Positions 39,088 through 52,996 of a DNA stretch of 64,000 nucleotides are shown here, piece after piece. Source of the DNA: Octopus bimaculoides (taxonomy: Eukaryota). The DNA lies in the NCBI RefSeq assembly GCF_001194135.2, contig NC_068981.1, positions 86,253,049-86,317,048 of the forward strand, in the 5' to 3' direction. Made by a program: the position numbers and the translations under genes. Within the stretch, counting starts at the first letter, position 1, and every line of letters begins with the position of its first letter. The notes under the pieces are model-generated. The model was not told the origin of the DNA. It was given only the letters and a program-made list of their open reading frames with translations, and did not search any database.

Positions 39088-40464
39088 GGCCGGACTTTGG
39101 CGCACAGTCGCCGATCTTTGCGATTTCTTTTTTTTTTTTTTTTTTCACCGGATTTCAGTTTACGATGACGGAGATTCCGAATATGCAGGAAAAAAGCCAC
39201 GTCTTCAAAATTTTAATTTCCCCCTCCCCACCAAATTTTTAATTTTTAACTCTTATTCGATATTCTTTTTTACAATCTACGTCGAAAAATATGGAGATTA
39301 AGAATATGGTGGGGAGGGAAGCAAATTTTAATTTCAAATTTTTTATGAAAAACTCCAAAATTGATCTACAACACCTTTGCCACCCCATCCCGCTGTCTAA
39401 AAGTGAAAATGAACGGCTGTTTTGTCCGTTTCCGCATGCATAAATTTATAGTGAAACGGCAAAAGGATCACGGCATGTGAAGACCTCACCAGGAAATTCG
39501 ATATGCTAAAAATAATAGCTAAATGTCTGGAGAAAGACAATAAAAAAGAAAGAAAATGCAAGGGAAATTAATTTTGGCGGTAAGGACTAGGCCTTGTTTC
39601 ATTATCACAACTAAAAAGAAATTCAGAGGTGTAGCATTGCGGAAGTTCATTCCCGTAAGTGGTTTTCTTGTGCACCCCCCCCCCCCNNNNNNNNNNCACA
39701 CACACACACATACCTGTCCATATACGTGAATACACATGGCTGAAGTCCCATTTTGTAAAGTTTTTATTATTTTGGAATGAAGAACACAAGCATAGGTGCT
39801 GAGCCAGTGACTAAACTTGTAGTATTTTGTTGGAATTAATCCAATGAATTGACAGCAAGGTAATTGCTTCTATCAAAGAATCGTTTACCTTTAAAGCGAA
39901 AAAACTAAACCGACATATACGACAGGTAATATAATATATATTTCTGTGTACTGCTTTCTCTGTCCATTCGGATAAGTTGTGGAAATTGTTGCGTGCGCAC
40001 ACACACAAACACAAAAATTCTCCAGACATTTAGCTGTTATTTTTAGCATATTGAATTTCCTTGTGAGGTCTTCACATGCCGCGATCCTTTTGCTGTTCAC
40101 TATAAATCTGCGCATGCGGAAACGGACAAATCAGCCGTTCATTTTCACTTTTAGACAGCGGGATGGAGTGGCGAGGGTGGTGTGGATCAATTTTGGAGTT
40201 TTTCATAAAAAAATTTGAAATTAAAATTTGTTCCTTTACACTATATTCTTAATCTCCGTATTTTTCCAAGTAGATTGAAAAAGAAAATCGAATAAACGTT
40301 AACAATTTAAAATTTAGAGGGAGGAGGGGGAAATTAAAATTTTAAAGACGTGGTTTTTTGCATATTCTGAATCTCCGTCATCGAAAACATTAGAATCCCG
40401 TGAAAAAAAAAAAAATCAGAAAGATCAGTTTCGGGTGAGGAGGTGACTGTGCGCCAAGTCCGCC
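39088..40464. mobile_element. Foldback/long-TIR non-autonomous DNA element (arms 39088-39534 and 40018-40464)
   Basis: About 450-bp inverted arms readable base by base; no TSD found. Confidence 0.8.
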
Positions 40465-40913
40465 ACAAAATGAAAGACTAATATTAACTTCCGTTGACAT
40501 ATTATATGCAATTTTCATCAATTCTAAACTGTATTTGCTTTTAAAAATCTTATTATGCAAGATGTAAACTTGGTTTAGGTGTGTGAGGGGTAATATCAAC
40601 GTTTTCTTCATTAACCAGGTAAGGTTCGCAAAAAACTACATAATGTTAAATGAAATTAGATGAGAGTTGAAATGTTTTTACCTGTAAAAATGAATTCTAC
40701 ACTTGTAATTACATTGAAGGATTAAAATAAATCGGTTAGTTTGAAAAATAGAAAAACAGAGCATGAAAGATACATTCAAATATAAATTAACTTTGGTTCA
40801 GGATCATTATTATTAGTCTATCTTGTTTGTTTTCTCGGTTAGCTATGGATTGGATTTTATCTGTAGTGTAGGAATTTCCAGTATTGATTCTTTCAAAAGA
40901 GGTTATATTCATG

Positions 40914-41092
40914 GGTACTACTAAAGCAGCGCGGACCCGAACGCGCAGTCGCGCGTCCACGCTAGCTAATCGTGAGTGGTCGATCCTAACCCTAACCCTA
41001 AACACGTATTCATTTGCACACGCGGGTTAGGGTTAGGATCGACCACTCAAGACTAGCTAGCGCGTTCGGGTCCGCGCTGCTTTAGTAGTACC
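40914..41092. mobile_element. Merlin-like palindromic MITE containing TTAGGG repeats
   Basis: TIR GGTACTACTAAAGCAGCGCGGACCCGAACGCG; TSD TATTCATG at 40906-13 and 41093-100. Confidence 0.85.
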
Positions 41093-41340
41093 TATTCATG
41101 CTTATTCAGGTCACATTGAGATATATTATTTTCTTTTTATTCTTTTGTTTCAATCTCTGGTTGTGGCTATGCTGGGGCTCGACGTTGAAGGATTTACTTG
41201 ATCAAATCGCACCGGTGCCTTTTATTTTTAAAGTTTGGTATTTATTTTATCATTTCTTTTTGCCAAATCACTAGGCTATGGGTACGTAAGCAAGCCAACA
41301 CCAGTTCCCAAACTGTGGGTAGTGATAGATAGATAGATAA

Positions 41341-41575
41341 AGGCGGCGAGCTGGCACAAACGTTACCCCGCCAGGCGAAATGCTTAGCAGTATTTTGTCT
41401 GCCGTTACGTTCTGAGTTCAAATTCCACCGAGGTCGACTTTGCCTTTCATCCTTTCGAGGTCGATGAATTAAGTACCAGTTACGGACTGGAGTCGATGTA
41501 ATCGACTCAATCCCTTTGTCTGTCCTTGTTTGTCCCCTCTATATTTAGCCCCTTGTGGGCAATAAAGAAATAAGA
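41341..41575 (+). mobile_element. tRNA-derived SINE family C; further copies clustered at 41950-42545 and 45270-45478
   Basis: GGCGGCGAGCTGGCA head; GAGTTCAAATTCC B box; repeated GAGGTCGACTTTGCCTTTCATCCTTTCG core. Confidence 0.8.
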
Positions 41576-41623
41576 GATAGACAGACAGCGTCGAGCGGCC
41601 CGAACTATTCATACATAACTTTT

Positions 41624-41875
41624 AGGTCATCTTCAAGTTTAGGGGGGTAAAAAAGTAAATAAAAATATTCAAGGGAAATAACTGAACGACTTACCAGTAT
41701 TGTCCGTTTTCTTCTAGCTGTTTATAAATAAATCACACCCTAACCCTAACGTCAATCAAATCACGTGTGTGATTTATTTATAAACAGAGATGTACGGAGA
41801 ATACTGGTCAGACGTTCAGTTACTTCCCTTGAATATTTTTATTTATTTTTTACCCCCCTAAACTTGAAGATTACC
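41624..41875. mobile_element. Merlin-like palindromic MITE
   Basis: About 110-bp imperfect TIRs GGT(C/A)ATCTTCAAGTTTAGGGGGGTAAAAAA; flanks taacttta / taaccttta. Confidence 0.75.
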
Positions 41876-42585
41876 TAACCTTTATATATAGTATGCATCA
41901 CTCATTCACATTATACATCTCTATTTTACACGAAACAGGTCCAAACACGTCGGATAAAAATCTAAGCGCCATTTCTTTCAGCTCTTTACGTTCAGAGTTC
42001 AACTCCTGCTGTGGTCAACTTTGCCTTTCATTCTTTCGAAATCGAAAAAACAAAGTACTAGGCAAAATGTTTAGCGGCATTTCATCGGCCTTGATTTTCT
42101 AAGTTCAAATTCCGCCGAGGTCAACTTTGCCTTTTATGATTTCGTGGTCGATAAAATAAGTACCAGTTGAGCACTTGGGTCGATGTAATCAACTAGTCCC
42201 CTCCCCTAAAATTTCAGGCCTTGTACTTACAGTAGAAAAAATTATTATTAAGGCGGCAAGCTGGTAGAATCGTTAGCACACCCGGCAAAATGCTTAGCGG
42301 TGTTTCGTCTGTTTTTACGTTCAGAGTTCAAATCCCGCCGAGGTCGACTTTGCCTTTCATCCTTTCGAGGTCGATAAAATAAGTATCACTTGAGCACGGG
42401 TTGATGTAATCGACAAGTCCTCTTCCCCAAAATTTCAGCATTTGTGCCAATAGTAGAAAGAATAATAAATTGAACACTGGTCGATGTAATTGACTCATCC
42501 CTTCCCCCAAAACTGCTCCCCTTGTGGAAAAATTTGAAACCATTATAATTATTTCTTTTCAAATGACAAGAAATAAATGTCTGAT

Positions 42586-42818
42586 ACTCTCTTTTACTTG
42601 TTTCAGTCATTTGACTGCGGCCATGCTGGAGCACCGCTTTTAGTCGAGCAAATCGATCCCGGTACTTATTCTTTGTAAGCCTAGTACTTATTCTATCGGT
42701 CTCTTTTTGCCGAACCGCTAAGTTACGGGGACATAAACACACCAGCATCGGTTGTCAAGCAATGCTAGGGGGGCAAATACAGACACACAAACATACACAC
42801 ACACACACACACACATAT
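42586..42818 (-). mobile_element. SINE family B copy (5' part in gap)
   Basis: Near-identical to 2130-2370. Confidence 0.85.
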
Positions 42819-43343
42819 NNNNNNNNNNNNNNNNNNNNNNNNNNNNNNNNNNNNNNNNNNNNNNNNNNNNNNNNNNNNNNNNNNNNNNNNNNNNNNNNNN
42901 NNNNNNNNNNNNNNNNNNNNNNNNNNNNNNNNNNNNNNNNNNNNNNNNNNNNNNNNNNNNNNNNNNNNNNNNNNNNNNNNNNNNNNNNNNNNNNNNNNNN
43001 NNNNNNNNNNNNNNNNNNNNNNNNNNNNNNNNNNNNNNNNNNNNNNNNNNNNNNNNNNNNNNNNNNNNNNNNNNNNNNNNNNNNNNNNNNNNNNNNNNNN
43101 NNNNNNNNNNNNNNNNNNNNNNNNNNNNNNNNNNNNNNNNNNNNNNNNNNNNNNNNNNNNNNNNNNNNNNNNNNNNNNNNNNNNNNNNNNNNNNNNNNNN
43201 NNNNNNNNNNNNNNNNNNNNNNNNNNNNNNNNNNNNNNNNNNNNNNNNNNNNNNNNNNNNNNNNNNNNNNNNNNNNNNNNNNNNNNNNNNNNNNNNNNNN
43301 NNNNNNNNNNNNNNNNNNNNNNNNNNNNNNNNNNNNNNNNNNN

Positions 43344-43593
43344 TGGTGGCGAACCCTGTTGTACTCTTTCACCACAACTTTCTCTCACTCTTACTTCCTG
43401 TTTCTGTTGTGCCTGTAATTCAAAGGGTCAGCCTTGTCACACTGTGTCACGCTGAATCTCCCCGAGAACTACGTTAAGGGTACACGTGTCTGTGGAGTGC
43501 TCAGCCATTTGCACGTTAATTTCACGAGTAGGCTGTTCCGTTGATCGGATCAACTGGAACCCTCGACGTCGTAAGCGACGGAGTGCCAACAAT
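43344..43593 (+). mobile_element. SINE family A copy (5' part in gap)
   Basis: Identity to the 3' two-thirds of family A. Confidence 0.85.
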
Positions 43594-45855
43594 AAGTGAG
43601 ATAAATGTGTGATGAGCTTCAGACAGTTCTTTTCTTTTACTTGCTTCGGTCATTAGACTGCAACCATGCTGGTGTACTGCCTTAAAGGGTTTAGTCGAAC
43701 AAATCCACTCCAGTACTTATTTTCCATTCATGCCTGGAATGTACTTTATCGGTCTCTTTTGTCGGATATAAACAATACCAACACCTATTGTCAAATAAGG
43801 TGGAGGTGGAAGACAAACATAAATGCGCGCGCGCGCATATATGTATGTATACTCGCATCGTCGTCGTCATCATCATCGCTTTGTGTCGGACGGAATTTGT
43901 TGAGGAAAATTTGCCGATTATCTACAGTTGGATGCCCTTCCTGTCACCAACCCTCACTTGTTCCCAAATAAGGTAATATTCCCCATGACCAGACATGTTT
44001 TCACGAAAGATTGAAAACGGTCAACTGTCACATGAAATCATGGCAAGGAGGCAGAAACATGCATACATGTATGTATGCATGCGCGCGCGCACGCACGCAC
44101 ATTCACAAAGATCTTTTCTCTTTGGTTGCACTTTTTGAAATTTTAAAATTAAGTGAAAATTTTCTAATTTGGTTTATTGTTGGAATTTTTCATGCTGAAT
44201 CTTAGGGCTTAATTCACTTGTGCCAGAAAACTTTGCCAACCAAATTCACTCACAAGGATTTGGTCGGCTAGGGGCTATAGCAGAAAACATTTCTCAGGGT
44301 GTGCGCAGTGCTAGTGAATCCACGACCACATGCTAGCGAAACAAACTTCTTAACCATGCAGTCATACTCTGCAAGTTATTTATTAGTCAAAACATGGATA
44401 AACTCATCTCTAGTATATAATGAACGGTGCATGACAGTGCAAGGGACTGGCTCCAGTTTTATGTCTTTGCAAAATTTCACCATAGAAAAAAAACACAGAA
44501 AGAAATTAATAAAACTTGCAATGTAAGTTGTTTTGATGTTTTGTTGATACAATCTGGGTAGGAATTTTATTTGTATACAGGAAATAGCTTAGAAAGATAT
44601 AACAAAGCATTTTCCCGTTGAAATACAGATAAAATAGATCATAAGTTACAGGCCTTGTTTAGTTTTGTTCATTATCTTTCGGGATGAAAATGATAGACAT
44701 CACAACTTTAAAATAATTTGTTTTAATACGTACTTTAAAACCGGCCATGTGTGTATACCTGTGTTTAGATCTCTACTAACACGACAGCTTGTGTAAGAAA
44801 TGTGGAAACTAGTGTGAAAGGATAGTGAGAGAACAAAACCAGAGTAACACAAAAAGATTGGGAAGCAATATATAAATTGTATCATTAGAAAGAACTCTGA
44901 CTTAACCATAACTAAAACACTAATCAGTAGGGTTAGCCTACCCGATATTAATTCGCTGTTGTAATGGAGCAAGAACATTTAATACTCGAATAACGGGTTC
45001 AGCCCTTGTCTTAAATAGCTTTATTAACCTCAAGCACTGTACTGAGAAGTGGAAAGGAATAGCAACTGTCATGCTCTAACTGAGCCTACTCTACTTCTAC
45101 TGTGGCCACATAAGAATCTATAGACATGCAAACAGACCGAAATATGAAAAGAATACTACACGTCCAGACCGTCACATTGCACCCCATACAAGTTATTGTT
45201 GCAAATTGGGGTGTGCAATGTGATCCTCAAGTAATGGGAGGCATAGTATATAACGGGAACAACGGAAGACAGCGAGCTGACAGAAGCGTTAACGCGCAGG
45301 ACAAAATGCTTAGCGGCGTTTCGTCTGTCTTTAATTTCTGTGTTCATTTTACGTTGAGGCCACTTTGCCTTTGATCCTTTCGAAGTCGATAAATTAAATA
45401 CAAATTGAACACTGTGGTTGATGTAATCGGCTATACTCTCCTCCAAAATTTCAGGCCTTGTGCCTATTAGTAGAAAAGATATCTGGAATGACAGATCACC
45501 TGCATGCTATAGATCTGTTTGCTTGATGTGAACTATCTTGGGCTAACCTACCCTTCTTTAAACATCCTAACTGTTTCATTCCTCGAATGCTGTACTCTGT
45601 TCTTAACACTTCCATGAGAGCTTCGTCTCCAGAATTATAATCATTTGGAAATTTTTTTTCTACCTACGTTCTCCTAATAGATATCCAACTATTCGCCAGC
45701 AAATTCAGCCTGAATATCAATAGTGCCAGCAAATTAAGTTCTATTTTCATAATCGTTTAGCACCTTATGTATATATAATCGATGACAAGGCTTAGTTGTG
45801 TATGAACCTTTTTTAAAAATAAATATACATAATATGGCACGGTTACACCAGCTTG

Positions 45856-46212
45856 GGTGGAGGCGCAATGGCCCAGTGGTTAGGGCAGCGGACTCGCGGT
45901 TTCGATTCCCAGATCGGGCGTTGTGAGTGTTTATTGAGCGAAAACACCTAAAGCTCCACGAGGCTCCGGCAGGGGATGGTGGCGAACCCTGCTGTACTCT
46001 TTCGCCACAACTTCCTGTTTCTGTTGTGCCTGTAATTCAAAGGGTCAGCCTTGTCACTCTGTGTCACGCTGAATATCCCCGAGAACTACGTTAAGGGTAC
46101 ACGTGTCTGTGGAGTGCTCAGCCACTTGCACGTTAATTTCACGAACAGGCTGTTCCGTTGATCGGATCAACTGGAACCCTCGGAGTCGTAAGCGACGGAG
46201 TGCCAACAAAAA
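45856..46212 (+). mobile_element. SINE family A copy
   Basis: TSD ACACCAGCTTG at 45845-55 and 46213-23. Confidence 0.9.
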
Positions 46213-46811
46213 ACACCAGCTTGTAAAATTTAAAATGCTACTGCAAGTAATGCAACGTAATAAACTAGAAGCATTGGGTTGAGATGGGAGGAACCCCTAA
46301 ATAGTTGCTCAACCTAAAACAGCAACCACATCTCCCACAAATCACATCATCGTCTTAATAATAAATAAATAAAATGGATGTATACCGATTTAATGACTTT
46401 AGTCATTTGTGCACAATCGTGACTAACCTAGGTCTAAACTATTGAATACTTCCTTTCCCTAAGTGGGGCCAGTCGATTGCCAAATGGAGAATCTGGATAA
46501 ACGACTTAGAAAAGCTTTTCAGCTTCCAGTATGTTGGTTGATGTGAGGATAGAACGGTGGACACGTTTTTTAAACCAAGTGACACGTGCTGCGTGTAGAA
46601 GTTTATATTGAGGATTACAAGTCCTTATTTACAAGAATAACGGGTAAAATAGCCATTGTAAGTTACACATTTCTTCCCATTGATAAGCATGTGCGAAACT
46701 AGTTTATATACCTACATACCACTTGAAAGTGTAGAAAAAAAGCCCCCAAAACACAGAAATCATGAAAGAAATTTATTATAACTGCTTTACTAGTGTGAAA
46801 CTGGCAGAATG

Positions 46812-46847
<36 letters not shown>

Positions 46848-48263
46848 CAAATTCATCTCATTTCACTCATAAGTCAATAAAAAAAACTGAAAGACAAGAG
46901 CTCAGTTGTAGACCCACCTTTATTCCTATCGTTATTTACAAAGATTCTGAGGGGGTTAACTCAGAATTCTACATAAAAGGAAAATATAAGATTTTTTTAA
47001 ACGTAAAATTTAACCAGGTAAAAAACTATAATTACTCAAGAAAACCTCATAGTAAATATAGATGAAGTTTTTAAAATTCGTAACATGAAAGAATGTAGTC
47101 TCTATATATATGTATATATTATATATACGTAATGCTGGACTAACAAATAGATTAAAATGAAAGTACACAAAAATATAGAAAATCGAGGTTTGAAATGCTG
47201 ATGGTGTTTTGGTTTGAATTCCGTTTCCTTTTGCACCGCCCATCGTTCATACGACAACCGGATATCCGTCCAACTCTACAGAGAGTAAGAATGGGTGAGA
47301 ATAAGGGAAGGGAAAGGAAGAAAGACAAAAGCAGAGAGAGGGGGCAGTAAAGAGAGGATGATAATACCAAAGAGGGAGAATGAGACAATACGAGAGGGTG
47401 TGAAAGAGAGAGAGTAAGAGGAGAGCGTAGTGACATCACATGTAATCAACAAAACCAAATATCCTGACATGTCGTGGCTACCTTCAACGCTGTCATGTTT
47501 CTCGCCTGTCGGGAGCTATTGTTGCTTCCACTGGTCTTAATGTTTACTTCTATTCAAAATCTCATTATAGAATCCTTTTTTTTTTTAAAGTAGTTCACTG
47601 TATTTGTGTATGCTTCATCTCTTAGCCTGTATAGATATACTTCTGTAATTGTATTTCTAATCCGCGCTCTCTCCATATTATAATTTCAACCCTGGACACT
47701 CTGACCACAACGCTGCTGTGATTTCACAAATCATTATCTTTACCTCATTAATACAACAAACTCATTTCTGCAGCATATTCAATCAATTTTGTAGAAGTTC
47801 TCATACAATCACTAACACATTCAAAGTATTACAAAACACATCAGTTTATATAACGAGTGAAAAAGATACTGCTTATGTTACTCTATATATTTTACACGTT
47901 CAGTTCAGCTGGTTGACATTTCTTTTATTTCATGGAATTAATACCATTGTATACCTATTAAAATGGTGGAAATATAATTATTACGGTAAGTTTGGTGAAT
48001 GTTATAAAATATATTGTGCTTTATTATATAAATATATAAGAAAAAGAACCTGGAAGCTGACATCCACTTTAAGAGGTATTTATATCCTTGAAATAATATA
48101 TAAGTAGCTGAAGCTTCTTGACCGTGTGTTTCTAATTATTTGAACAGGCAGAAAGATGATTGAAAATCCTTGTGCTTCTAATAATTATATTTTACTTTTG
48201 TGTATTGAGTGCTTTTCTGGTCCGTTTGTAAACAAACGTTCACCACCAACCCAGTGTGTGTAT

Positions 48264-48350
48264 CTATCTATCTATCCATCCATATCTATCTATGTATCTA
48301 TCTATCTATCCATCTCTATGTATCTATCTATCTATCTATCCATCTCTATG

Positions 48351-48382
<32 letters not shown>

Positions 48383-48561
48383 CATCTCTATGTATCTATC
48401 TATCTATCCATCTCTATGTATCTATCTATCTATGTATCTATCTATCTATCTATCCATCTCTATGTATCTATCTATCTATCTATCTATCTATCCATCTCTA
48501 TGTATCTATCTATCTATCTATCTATCTATCCATCTCTATGTATCTATCTATCTATCTATCT
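48264..48561 (+). repeat. (TATC)n microsatellite with higher-order TATCCATCTCTATG interruptions
   Basis: Direct inspection. Confidence 0.95.
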
Positions 48562-50729
48562 AAAATTGTGTTATGTTTATGCGAGTGGTCAATGTCTGAA
48601 TTATGTATATTTGTTAATATAACGTGTGTGTGTATATATGTATGTGTATAGCTTTTTTGCTGTTTTTTTTAAAGTGTGTTGAACACTTTTTGTGTGATAA
48701 GTTTCTTAAAAATATGTTGCATGCCTTTCACATAAAATGTGACTTAATAGTTTTTGCTTGCCACAATATTTAGTTGTTTTCTTTTGGAATAATAGGATAT
48801 TGCAAAAACAGAATAAGTCTTTCACTAAAATGTTTGCAGATTTTCGTTTATGTATGGTATTCAAAATAAATTTTGTGTGTATTCATGTTTCGGTATTTAC
48901 TTTACAAGATTATCTTATGTTAACATTCGTTGAAGTTCTTTTAAATTGTCCTTAATTACTTTTGGTAACTAGGATATTTCGGCGGAGGTCAAGAATACGC
49001 GATCTGACATGTTAACAGTTAGTTTGGGGTTATTTAACCCTTAGCTAACGCAGCTCGGTATTCAGGCCTCTGTGTTGAGTATTTCACCCGTGACCATCCT
49101 GTTTTTATCTCCGAAGTAGTTTGTCTTAGATTACATTAATTAAAGGTGAAATTTGATATCTCTATAAGATATGAACAAGATTTGGCTGCTATTTATAACG
49201 GTTCAGGTGAATAGGTAGAGGCCTCCTCGTAGGCTCGTGCACTTTTGAGTTGTGAAGACATCCTTATAAAAATGTAAAGCACGAAAAATAATCGTAAATA
49301 ATAAAGAATTTTAAAAAATTGATGGCAGTTGATTGTAATGTTGAAAAGAAAAGCGAGTAACTGAGATTTCGTTTCATATTCTTGATGAAATGAAAGCGTT
49401 TGTATTTCCCAATGAATCTATCAGAAATATTTATTGAAAGTTGATGGAATTCTATTGTTAACTTCCCATCATTGTAAATTTATGAGTGTTATCAAAACAA
49501 TATTTCTCTTCACAGTCTCTCTCTCTCTCTCTCTCTCTCTCAATATGGGCGTTTATTAGTTTAACGTTAGCATATGCTTATCTTAGCAATATTTCAATAA
49601 CGGCTATGACTAAGAAGCTAATTTTTAGATTTTATTGGTTTACAATGAATACAGACTGTTTTCAGGATAATTATATTGTCTCTTGCACCCCTTACTCCGT
49701 CAAACACCTTATAAAGATATACACATAGGCATTCGTTACTGCCTGGGAAAGAAACAGAATATATTTTATGTAATCTCTGAATCAGAAGGAATGCTAATGA
49801 TGAGGCTTAAACTTATTAACCCATTTGAATTATGTTATCTTTTAGAAGAATGGTAATGGTACACGTGTGTGTAGCAGTGGTGTGTGGTTATCATCATAGT
49901 GTGTGCACTGAGCTATCTAGTACTCAACCTGACTCTGGTCTAACTATCCCCTCTCCCCAAATAAAAATAAAAAGTCTTTTTTTATAAATAACACAGATTG
50001 CAAATAGAATTGTCATGCAGAAACTGAGCTTTAGGTTATGCATACATTTAAAAAATAACGGAAGCACTAAAATATTTTTCCAAGATGGTATTCCAGCATG
50101 GCCACAGTCCAATTCCTGAACCAAGTAAAAAAGAAAAAGAATAATTCACTTGTAATTCCTTGATTATATCACACACTGAGCCTCTTTGCTTCAATTGCAT
50201 TAGTGCATTTTTTTTATTCTGTAATTTTCATTGATGAAGAAACAGAGGCTACTTTAGTCAAGGAAATCATAAAACTGGGTGAGCATTTCAACACAACTTT
50301 CCAAGCTAAACTATTCCAGTTGGTTACTATAAACAACAGCTGATAATTGTTACATCAACAGCCCCCAAACTTCACACTTAATCTTTATATCTGAGTATCT
50401 CTGCTGGGTGGTTGGTGTTAGGAAGGGCATCCAGCTGTAAAAACTACCAAAACAGACACACAAGTCTGATGCATACTCTTGCCCGGTCAGCACCTGTCCA
50501 ACTATCAACCCATGTCAGTATAGAAGGCAGATGTTAAACGATGATGATGGTGTATCCATATTAAATTAGAAAACAGATCATACAGCAAGAAAATCACTTT
50601 GCTTCAACTTAACTGCAATGACTGGAACAGGTAAAAGAATAAAAAGAAAAGAATGGGTCTCCCCATAAAAATTAAAAAAACTGAGATGTGCTGGTGGATT
50701 GTCACTGACCCCTTCGGTCAGTTGTGATA

Positions 50730-51078
50730 GTTGTTGTTGTTGGCACGACGTCGAGGGTTCCAGTTGATCCGATCAACGGAACAGCCTGCTCGTGAAATTA
50801 ACGTGCAAGTGGCTGAGCACTCCACAGACACGTGTACCCTTAACGTAGTTCTCGGGGATATTCAGCGTGACACAATGTGACAAGGCTGGCCCTTTGAAAA
50901 TACAGGTACAACAGAAACAGGAAGAGAAAGTTGTGGTGAAAGGGTACAGCAGGGTTCACCACCATCCCCTGCCGGAGCCTCATGGAGCTTTAGGTGTTTT
51001 CGCTCAATAAACACTCACAACGCCCAGTCTGGAAATCGAAACCGCGATCCTATGACCGCGAGTACGCTGCCCTAACCA
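50730..51078 (-). mobile_element. SINE family A copy
   Basis: Reverse complement of the 14813 and 45856 copies. Confidence 0.9.
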
Positions 51079-52939
51079 CAGGATGAATAGAACCCAAAAC
51101 ATAAGTGTGTGTATAGTAAAGGCACAGGGTCTCGTGGTTAGGGCGTTGCATTCACAGTTGCAAGATAATGGTTTCATTTCCTAGACTGGCAGTGCATTGT
51201 GTTCTTAAGCGAAACACTTCATTTCACATTGCTCCAGTCTACTCAGCTGTAACCCTGCAACAGACAGGCATCTTATTCAAAGGGGAATGTTGGCCTGCCC
51301 AGTTGGATGGCATCATTCAAAAGCTACTACAACACAAAGATGTGCATTGTGACTAGCGGTGTATAACAACATCTGGTAGTCTGGTTGATACAGTGCTACA
51401 TTATTTTTAATCAGCAACAGTTAAAAAGTGACCCAAGGGCTAGGAGTTTGGTGCCTGATACTTTATTTTGTCACTGTCCCATTTTCTGCTAGTGCCAGGG
51501 CATGATGCAACTAGGTGAGCAGTGCTATCTAAAAATTACTACCACAATATAAACAGAATTAGAGCCTTCATTGTAATCCATGATTATGGTATTGAGTAAG
51601 CTTATTTATGGTAGTATGTCCGTCTTTGGTGGATATACAGCACGCCCAGAAACACGTCCCTGGTGTGTAGTCAATTTATCTAGCTATCTCAGTTATTTAC
51701 TAATTATTGATTATGAAAACAGTAATAACAGAGAATGCGAAGATGGCTCTGATTAATTTGAATTTTGTTGTTGCTGTTTAACATCTGATTGAGCAGACCT
51801 GTAATCAAAGATGTTCCAACCAATATCATTTTGTCTTGATTTAAAGTGTATAAGGGGCTGCATTTTCCATTGTATTTTCAAAACATTAAAATATTATGAA
51901 CTACTTGTTGTTGTTGATTAACCCCCATCTCAACCCAGATTATATAAACCTCTGATCAAAGGTATTCCATCTGTCTTTCTCTCAGAGAGTTGGATTGGAT
52001 TTGAGGGTATTTGACTGCTATTTCTAACAGATCGATTGTTCACATAAAAAGCTTCCTCTTCAGCCCGAGCATTAGGAAAAGATATTTAGTTCCTGTTGTT
52101 TTTTTAGCCCTGAGTTGTTGTTTACCCCTCATAAAAGGCATTTCAGTCATGATCATTTTTAGTGGTATTTGGCATACCATTATTCAAACTAATGGTTAAA
52201 ATGGACAGTTCGAGGGAAACTTGGTTAATATTTCTGATATGTTGAGTAATCCTGGTTCATTTTATTATAACTGATGTGACTCGTATCCTTTTTAGCTATA
52301 GGAAGTTAATATTTGAATTCTGTTCAAGTTTTACATTCAGATTACTTGAATGCTGTTTGCATTTAAAGTACTCATGAACTTAAATTCAACAAAATGTTGA
52401 ACATAAACTGTTGTATGCTATAAAATGTAGATGTTAATAGAAAGATATCTTTTACACACTACAATTTACAAGGTTTTTTTTCTCTATTTAATATCTTAAA
52501 TACAAATTACAACTGTTCTTTTTTTATATATGTTTTCCTCTGTTTATGTCAACTGATTTAAAAATAACTTTAGATAAACAAGTGTAGGCACAAAGTTTAA
52601 ATGAAATGTATTTGAGCAAAACCGTATTGGTGTTTTCAATTTTATTAGTTACAGGAAAGAGGATAGTGGTCATAAACTTTATTACTCCTCTTAGTTTAAA
52701 GTGTCTGATGTTTTGTTAGAAAATCTGTAGGTCAGCATCTACAGCAAAGACAAGGAAGGCATTCCAGTTTTCTGTAAGAATGTCTAGAGTGAGATCTGGG
52801 AGATGAGATAGAAGTGGAGGTAGGTGGTTTGTGGTTTTCAAGTTTAGAGTAGTAGAGGCTAGTGTAGTAACAATAGATGGTAGAGAGAAGAAACAGCTTA
52901 TCTGCGAGTCAGTGTGTGTAATTAAGTTGGTGAGCAGCT

Positions 52940-52996
<57 letters not shown>

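Noticed and set aside
40985-41037. Chromosome end or fusion site
   Set aside because: Only 2-3 telomeric units, embedded in a TSD-flanked MITE
48156-48651. ORFs rich in YLSI
   Set aside because: Translations of (TATC)n microsatellite
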